Under the pieces are notes generated by a model. The model did not search any database, was not told the DNA's origin, and was given only the letters and a program-made list of their open reading frames with translations. Of a stretch of 64,000 nucleotides of DNA, positions 57,292 through 64,000 are shown piece by piece. The translations under genes and the position numbers were made by a program. Numbering within the stretch: position 1 is the stretch's first letter; the number at the start of each line of letters is the position of its first letter. The stretch covers positions 633 through 64,632 of the forward strand of contig CAVTZP010000002.1 of assembly GCA_963739245.1 (NCBI GenBank), read 5' to 3'. The stretch is from an uncultured delta proteobacterium (GTDB lineage: Bacteria; Chloroflexota; Dehalococcoidia; Dehalococcoidales; BS750m-G39).

Positions 57292-58059
57292 TTAAGCGGG
57301 AACAAAACGCTTCTGGCTTTCGTCAAACCTGATTAATCCTTGCCTTGCTGAACTATTAAGGTGTCTTGATACTTCAGACGGATTTAAGCCTAAAATCTCA
57401 GAAATTTCTCCAGTGGAAAGGGGCCTTTCTCGCAGGAGTAACATAATTTGGCTTATTGCCAATTTATCTACAATTAATTCATGAAATAACCTATCTAACT
57501 CCTCACTGGTGAAAAATTTCTTATATTCTTCGTCTGTAGCAAAATGCACTCTCAGCCTCTCCCTTTCCACCAGCTTAATGTAGGGGACTAAATTTTTAAC
57601 TGCTTCAAGTTTTAACTTTAATCCCTTTTCATCTATTCCTTCGCCTTTTCCCAGAGGTCCTAATTCCTTCAGCTTCTTGGTAAAGTCAGTAATAACTTCG
57701 GCGAAACGGATTCCTTCAGAGGCAGATACCCATTCCAGCCTTAGCCTTTCGGGGTTCACCCCTATCTGTCCCAGTAATTTTTTAGTTAGATGCATCATGC
57801 TTAATGCATCGTAATTTCCCTCCGTGATGTAATGGCATTCGCCAAGCCAACAACCGCCGATAAACACCCCGTCTGTTCCGTTTGAGAAAGCCCGGAGTAT
57901 AAATGCCGGGTCAACTCTACCGGAGCACATCACCCTTATCACCCTTATATTAGTGGGGTATTGATACCGGGAAACTCCGGCAAGGTCTGCCCCTGCGTAG
58001 CAACACCAATTACATAAAAACCCTAACATCCTTGGTTCAAAATCGTAGCTCGCAACCAT
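57292..58059 (-). CDS. bamF: BamF / MvhD-like subunit with C-terminal winged HTH
   Basis: FLCNWCCYAGAD.AG, CSGRVDP, GC..GECHY..GN, W.SASEG; C-terminal PLSTGEISEILG..PSEVSRHL. Confidence 0.85.
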   Translation of the reverse strand: MVASYDFEPRMLGFLCNWCCYAGADLAGVSRYQYPTNIRVIRVMCSGRVDPAFILRAFSNGTDGVFIGGCWLGECHYITEGNYDALSMMHLTKKLLGQIGVNPERLRLEWVSASEGIRFAEVITDFTKKLKELGPLGKGEGIDEKGLKLKLEAVKNLVPYIKLVERERLRVHFATDEEYKKFFTSEELDRLFHELIVDKLAISQIMLLLRERPLSTGEISEILGLNPSEVSRHLNSSARQGLIRFDESQKRFVPA

Positions 58060-58093
58060 GTCTTAGCTCACTCCTAAGGTAATCCCTCTTTGT

Positions 58094-61000
58094 TCATACA
58101 AGGGCTTGAACCTTCGCCAGGTCTGGAACCGCCGCGTCAATTTGGCGAAAGATCTCTTCATCAGTAAAGTGCTTCAGAGAAATAGCCCCTGTCGGACACT
58201 TCGAATTACAGAGACCGTCTCCCTTACAGAGGACAGGAATAACCCTGGCCTTTTTGCCTTGTGGTGTATCATAAAACTCTATAGCACCATACTTACAAAC
58301 CGAAATACAAGCCCCACACGCTATACACTTACTCTCATTTACCTCGCAAATAGCACCAGAGGCGGTGACTGAATCCTTGGAAAGAATGGTTGCCGCCCGG
58401 CCGGCAGCTCCGTAAGCCTGGCTAATCGCTTCCGATATATGCTTGGGGTAGTGAGCCATCCCGCACAGGAAAACGCCATCGGCAGCAAAATCAACCGGCC
58501 GTAATTTTACATGGGCTTCCTGGAAGAAACCATCCGGGTTCAAAGGTACCTTGAATAACCGGGATATTTCAGTATTCGTTGCCGAAGGAATAACGGCGGC
58601 AGCTAAAGCGAGTAAATCGGCATCTATAGCAATTTTCTTACCTAAAATCGGATCGGTCACGGTAACCCTTAGAATACGCTGACCACCCTCTTCGATAGCT
58701 TCCACCTCGGGTTTATCATCCGGCTCATAGCGGATGAACTTCACTTCCCGCTCCGCCGCTTCCCGGTAATAATCCTCTTTAAACCCATAAGTTCTCATAT
58801 CCCGATAGATAATGTAGATATCCATCTCGGGGTTTTTCTCTTTTAGTTTCAAGGCGTTCTTTATAGAATGACTGCAACATACCCGGCTGCAATAATTTCT
58901 GTCTTTTTGTCGGCAACCTACACATTGAATCATCACCAGGCTCTTGGCGTTAACCACCCTCGGTTCCCCTTTGGCGATTTGCTCCTCTAACTCCACCAGG
59001 GTCAATACCCTGTCATCTTTCCCATAAAGGTACTCGGTAGGTTTATATTCTTCAGCACCGGTAGCGATGACGGCTATTCCATGGTGTATCTCCCTGACCC
59101 TTCCTCCAGACGTTACCTTGGTTATGAAATTCCCCACATAACCGGAAGCCTCGGTGATGGTAGAATCAGTAGATACTTGTGAATTAAGGGGTGCTGGTAA
59201 ACCTTGCGGATAATATCACTCAGATATGCTTGAACATCCATCCCTTCCAGGGTGTAATGAATTCTTCGAGCCATTGGGATGCTGGTTAACTCGGCGTATG
59301 ACTTCGGCCAGGTATGTTTGTACATCCATGCCTTCCAGGGTGTAATGAAGCTCTTCGCGCCATTCCCCCCAACTCTGTATCCTTTTCCACCAGGTAAACC
59401 TCAAATCCCTGGTTGGCTAAGCTCAGAGCACTGGTCATCCCGGCCACGCCTCCGCCGACTACTAACGCCCTTTTGTCGACCGGCAGGTCAAATTCCTGTA
59501 AAGGCTGTAAAAGAGCGGCTCGGGCTACCGACATCCGGACTATATCCTTTGCCTTTTGGGTGGCAGCTTCCTTTTCTCGAGAGTGGACCCAGGAGCAATG
59601 TTCCCTTATATTGGCAAATTCAAAGTAATATTGATTAATTCCCCCCTCGCGAAGCGTATCCCGGAATAACGGCTCATGTGTCCTGGGGGTACAGGCGGCG
59701 ACAACCACGCGATTGAGTCCCTTTTCTTTGATTGCGTCTGCTATCCGTTGGGCAGCATCAGTAGAACACGAAAAGAGGTCTTCTTGAGCGTGGACAACAT
59801 TGTCTAGGGTCAAAGCATATTCAACTACCGAAGGAACATCCACCACTCTTCCGATATTAGCTCCACAATGACAGACAAAGACCCCCACCCTTGGTTCCTC
59901 ACCTCGAGACATCCCTTTCCGGTGGATATACCCTTTCTCTGGCCAGCTTCCCTCGCCGGTGGGCAAGGAGTTGACTGCAAAGGGCATCAGCCCCGCTGGC
60001 GGTCATAACCGACTCGGGGATATCTATAGGACCCTGGAAGGCTCCGCTGACAAAAATTCCCGGGCGGGAGGTCTCAATAGGAGTAGCAGGATTGGTTTTG
60101 CAGAATCTGGTGAGCGTTAAGTTCGATGCCGAACTTATCAGCCAATTCTTCCACATCATCAGGAGGGTTCAACCCGACGGATAATACCACCAGGTCGAAT
60201 TCCTCTTCCTTTACTCCGTCATCGGTAGTAGAGTATTTTATGGTTACATTCTTGCTTTCTGGCAGCTCTTTCCCTATTGATACGTAGCTTCTTATAAATC
60301 GAACGCCGGGAAGGTTCTCCGTTCTTTGATAGAATCGCTCGAAGTCCTTGCCAAATGACCGAATATCATTATGGAATATAGTAGCCTCAATCTCACTGTC
60401 ATGGTCTTTTGCCAGAATCACCTGCTTCTGGGTGTAGGTGCAGCATACGGCTGAACAATAGCTGTTGCCGCCCGGGATAACCTGTCTGGAACCGACGCAC
60501 TGAATCCAGGCTATCTTCTTCGGATGCTTCCCGTCAGAAGGGCGCCTTATCTCACCTTCGTAAGGCCCGGTGGAACATAATATCCGTTCAAAGTCAAGGC
60601 TGGTTACTACATTCCTGAACTTTCCGTAGCCATAGTCGCCCCTCAGCTTGGGGTCAAATGTCTCATAGCCCGGAGACAGAATTATCGCCCCTACCTCTAC
60701 TTCTACCTTCTCCTCCTTTTGATGAAGGTCTATAGCGTTATTCTTGCAGACTCCTACGCAAATGTTACATTTTCCGTCTTTAAGGAAAAGGCAGGTTTCA
60801 GGGTCTATATAAGTGACAAGCGGAACTGCTTGAGAAAAGTATATATGGCTGCATTTACTAAAAGATAAGTTTTGATTATATTTATTGGGGACCTTAACCG
60901 GGCAGTACTCAGTACAGGTAGTACAACCCCGGCATTTGTCATCTGATAATGTATCTGGGCTTTTTAATCAGGGTTACCTTGAAGTCTCCTGCTTCCCCTT

Positions 61001-61298
61001 CTACCCTGTCAACTTCAGTATAGGTCAGGATTTCTATATTGGGATGCCGGCTGCATTCAATAAACTTGGGAGATTCAATGCACATGGAGCAGTCATTGGT
61101 GGGGAAGGTCTTATCAAGCTGGGCCATCTTGCCGCCGATAGCCGGTGATTTGTCAACCAAGTAAACCTTAAAACCCATATCGGCCAGATCAAGGGAGGCT
61201 TGGATACCGCTGATCCCTCCACCGACAACCATAACATCGCCAATATTACTTTCTGCGGGACTATTAACTAATTGTCCTTCAACTGGTTCTTTTTCCAC
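58094..61298 (-). pseudogene. bamE: BamE / HdrA-like flavoprotein, broken by about six indels and an internal duplication (pseudogene or sequence error)
   Basis: Fragments join into HdrA: [23 protein letters not shown]...YCS.VCC, GVFVCHCG.NI, AACTPRTHE, GGGVAG, QCVGCR, FFQEAHVKLRP; frame changes near 60944, 60108, 59904, 59351, 59275 and 59177. Confidence 0.85.
59188..59363 (-). repeat. Diverged tandem duplication of a 29-codon segment inside bamE
   Basis: Copy 1 at 59275-59363 and copy 2 at 59188-59274 both encode MARRxHYTLEGMDVQxYLxxxIRxVxQHP. Confidence 0.9.
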
Positions 61299-61331
61299 TT
61301 TTCTCCGTCCTTATCAGGATTCTTCGCTTCC

Positions 61332-62475
61332 CTAAATCACTTCCTGGATAATTTCTGTGATGTCTTTAATCTCTATGACTTCACTATTCTCCAGGGTTAA
61401 CCTGCTATCCTCAAAATTGATGATGCAATATGGGCAGGAAGTAACCAGCACCTCAGCCCCGACCTCAATAGCTTGTTCTAATCTGAGGTCGGAGAATCTT
61501 TCACCCTTTGGAGTGTCCATCCAAATCCTGCCTCCTCCCCCTCCGCAACAGAGACTATCTTCCCGCGAATCAGCCATCTCAATCAGTTCTAAACCAGGTA
61601 CCTTCTTTAAGACCTCTCGGGGTTCGTCATATATGCCATTATGCCGACCCAGGTAACATGGGTCATGATAAGTAACTTTCTTCCCATACTCCTTGGTGAG
61701 CTCAAGCCTTCCCTCATTAATAAGCTCGAATAAATATTGGGAGATATGAACCACCTCAAAGTTGACCTTAAATTCGGGATACTCGTTTTTGAAGGTGTGG
61801 TAGCAATGAGGGGAAGAAACAAGGATTTTCTTCACCCCATTATCGATAAAAGTTTTGATGTTTTCCCTGGCTAAGCGTTTGAATAATTCCTCATCGCCCG
61901 CCTTGCGGATGCTTTCTCCACAGCAATTCTCCTTGGGACCCAGTATCCCAAAATCTACCCCTGCCCTGTTAAGGATATTGGCTGTGGCAGTAGCTACCTT
62001 TTTTAATCTTGGGTCATAGCTGAGGTAGCAGCCGGGGAAATATAAAATTTCCGTCCCCTCGGTGAACGTTTTTACAGACAGACCTTCTGCCCAATCTGCC
62101 CTCTTTGCTCGTTCTTCACCCAAGGGGTTACCTTCAGCACCGAGGCTTGCACTTACGGTGTGGATTGGAGCCGGAGAAATCCCTGCTTCCGAGGCAATCC
62201 TGCGGAAGGATAGCACTAACGTCTATCGTTCCTACTCCCCTGGGGCACCGCTGAGGGCATCTTCCGCAGGTAGTACAACGCCATATATCTTCACCTTCTA
62301 TCTCAGGCAAACCGAACGTAGCCTGTCGGACTATGTTGCGCATACTGAAGTTTCTAACCCTGTTCCACGGACAAACAGTATCACACAATCCGCATTGATA
62401 GCAGAATTTGAAGGCTTCTCCACCAGCCTCTTTTATGGCATCTATTGCCTCTTTGAAGGGGGCTACAATCTCCAC
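61332..62475 (-). pseudogene. bamD: BamD / HdrCD-like protein with one frameshift near 62216
   Basis: CYQCGLCDTVCPW and CTTCGRCPQRCP in 62134-62475; CCG motifs (NCCGE, SPHC, YHDPCYLGRHN, LCCGGGGG) in 61332-62216. Confidence 0.85.
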
Positions 62476-62508
62476 TATCTTTTAATCCTCTTCTTTCGCC
62501 TTAATGTT

Positions 62509-63033
62509 TTAGCCCTTTGCTAATCGGGTAACGGTATCCATTACCTTCTTCACTCCATGTTTTTTTACTAATGATTCTAATCCTATCTCCATCTCCTCCC
62601 GCTTCTCTTCTTCTTCCCCTTCCTCTTCCCTTTCTTCGTAAGTCAGGGCATCATTTAAGCACCACTGAACACACATCGGCTCTTGTAGTGGCGGTTCTTC
62701 TTCACACATATCACATTTTAGAGGGAGATCGGAATCAGGGTCTTTGAAAAGCTTCCGGGATGGGCAGGAAGCCCGGCAGAAGCCACACTCGTCATATTCC
62801 TTTCCGTCAATCGTATAAATGTCTCTGCCATTACATTCGGCTTCAGTATACTCACCGGCAATTACCGGAACATAAATATCTTTTAGTGGCTCAAAAAGCA
62901 CCCGAATCCGAGACCTCTCCGGATTAGTGCTGCTATATTTTGGCGCAGCGTGAAAGGCGGAGCAGATTACCTCACATGCCCGGCAACCATTGCATTTATC
63001 AACATCGATCTTGATTACTTTAACTTTTTTCAT
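62509..63033 (-). CDS. bamC: BamC electron-transfer Fe-S subunit
   Basis: IDVDKCNGCRACEVICSAFH, RSRIRV, ECGFCRASCPSR, LPLKCDMCE..P...EP.CV.WC; in frame with the bamB C-terminus. Confidence 0.87.
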   Translation of the reverse strand: MKKVKVIKIDVDKCNGCRACEVICSAFHAAPKYSSTNPERSRIRVLFEPLKDIYVPVIAGEYTEAECNGRDIYTIDGKEYDECGFCRASCPSRKLFKDPDSDLPLKCDMCEEEPPLQEPMCVQWCLNDALTYEEREEEGEEEEKREEMEIGLESLVKKHGVKKVMDTVTRLAKG

Positions 63034-64000
63034 TTCTTTATAAATCCCTCTTTGTTCTAAGTCTTCGCTAACGTAATCCAAACCTAATTCGTGCAAGGTC
63101 TCTTTAGTAGGAATACCTTCATTATTCCATCCCTTAAATTTATAATACTCGTCAAGCAGCTTAGCTTCAAACTCAGGGAATCTCTTCTTCCAATGGTCCT
63201 CAGGAGGCTGCTCGTCCTTTCTCCTTAAGCCTCTTCTTACATTAATGGCTCTAATTAAAGTTCGGTTCCTTTTAGCTATTTTCCATAGTCCAGCTTCATC
63301 AATATCCATCCCGGTCGCAAATGAGATTAAACGTCGGTAAATTGTGTATATGATACGGAGGCTTCAGGGGAAATGATGACAAACCGGCGCAGATCCCGGT
63401 GGCGTCATCAATGTAATGCATCGTCTCTTGCCATTCAACAAGTTCACAAGTTGCTTGAATAGATGGGTAATATGGAAATGAGGTGCCTGGTTCCCCCCAG
63501 TTCAAGATAAATTCCTTAAACTTTTCCTTAGGAACCTGGACCCAATCCTTTACAAACTCTTCTCTCTCCTCTCTGGTAGCAAAAGGCGCCTGGGGTAACT
63601 GCCCTTCAATTTGGGTAATGTTGATTTTCTCACCTGTGGACCACATGAGAAATAAATAGGGTTCAGCATCCCTAGTTTGATAGGGATCTGCTCATGTTTC
63701 TTAATAGTATTATGGTCGTAGGCCTCAGCCCCCTTGCCAATCTGACGGGCCGCCCAATAAACACCATTGGCCAAAACATCTCCAATCCCTTCTCGCCGAA
63801 CAATTTTGTCAAGCAACCAGAAGAATCTCTCCTCGTTATCGGACGGAAATCCTGGCAGGTCCTGGTCAGTCAAAATGCCAGCTTCATAAAGCTCAAGGGC
63901 GAAGGCCATAACTTGCGGGGTTGTGTATCCGTCCACTCCATACTCCTGAGCAAGACCAGCGATTTTAAAACCAAAATCCAGGTCTGACATGGCCGCCATT
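63034..64000 (-). pseudogene. bamB: BamB C-terminal part (5' end outside the window), two frameshifts, no stop before bamC
   Basis: EYGVDG...PQVMAFA.EL, KKHEQ.P.KL, GEKINITQIEGQ, MHYIDDA.G.CAGLSSFPLKPPYHIHN, HWKKRFPE; indels near 63650 and 63327. Confidence 0.87.

Noticed and set aside
59188-59363. CRISPR-like repeat
   Set aside because: Only two diverged coding copies with no spacers; no CRISPR array or cas gene seen in the window
59122-63646. Separate small genes in the bamE, bamD and bamB fragments
   Set aside because: The fragments are consecutive parts of single known proteins split by indels

Overview
Bacterial chromosomal window, most likely from a Chloroflexota (Dehalococcoidia-like) anaerobe. 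The taxonomy is inferred from the ribosomal protein sequences, the 23S gene having no 16S upstream, and the cobTSU cluster; no database search was possible. 1-20.2 kb: the 5' end of a 23S rRNA gene (minus strand, own promoter) diverges from an intact rpsL-rpsG-fusA / S10 / spc / alpha / truA-rplM-rpsI ribosomal superoperon that has no tuf. 20.3-47 kb: nine tRNA genes, two three-subunit xanthine-oxidase-family molybdoenzyme operons, a ThiF + ubiquitin-fold pair, a Zn alcohol dehydrogenase, an ABC solute-binding protein, a PaaK-like CoA ligase, cobT-cobS-cobU, secreted/surface proteins and several small ORFs below the ORF-track cutoff. 47-64 kb: a visibly AT-richer block with mobB - radical SAM/SPASM - bamB paralog, a second mobB, a membrane HdrDE/FadF-like protein and a bamBCDEFGHI (class II, tungsten benzoyl-CoA reductase) cluster whose last ~5 kb carries about nine small indels. 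Strongest leads: (1) an XDH FAD subunit with a complete ~466-aa GltD/NfnB-like module inserted inside its [4Fe-4S] loop; (2) the class II BCR cluster in this lineage; (3) an orphan BamB variant (His255->Thr) overlapping a radical SAM/SPASM gene; (4) a ubiquitin-fold protein ending in -WDG next to an E1-like enzyme; (5) a site-2 protease that has lost HExxH; (6) a palindromic in-frame insertion with a 10-bp duplication in rplD. GC statements are by eye, and family assignments come from recognised motifs, not searches.
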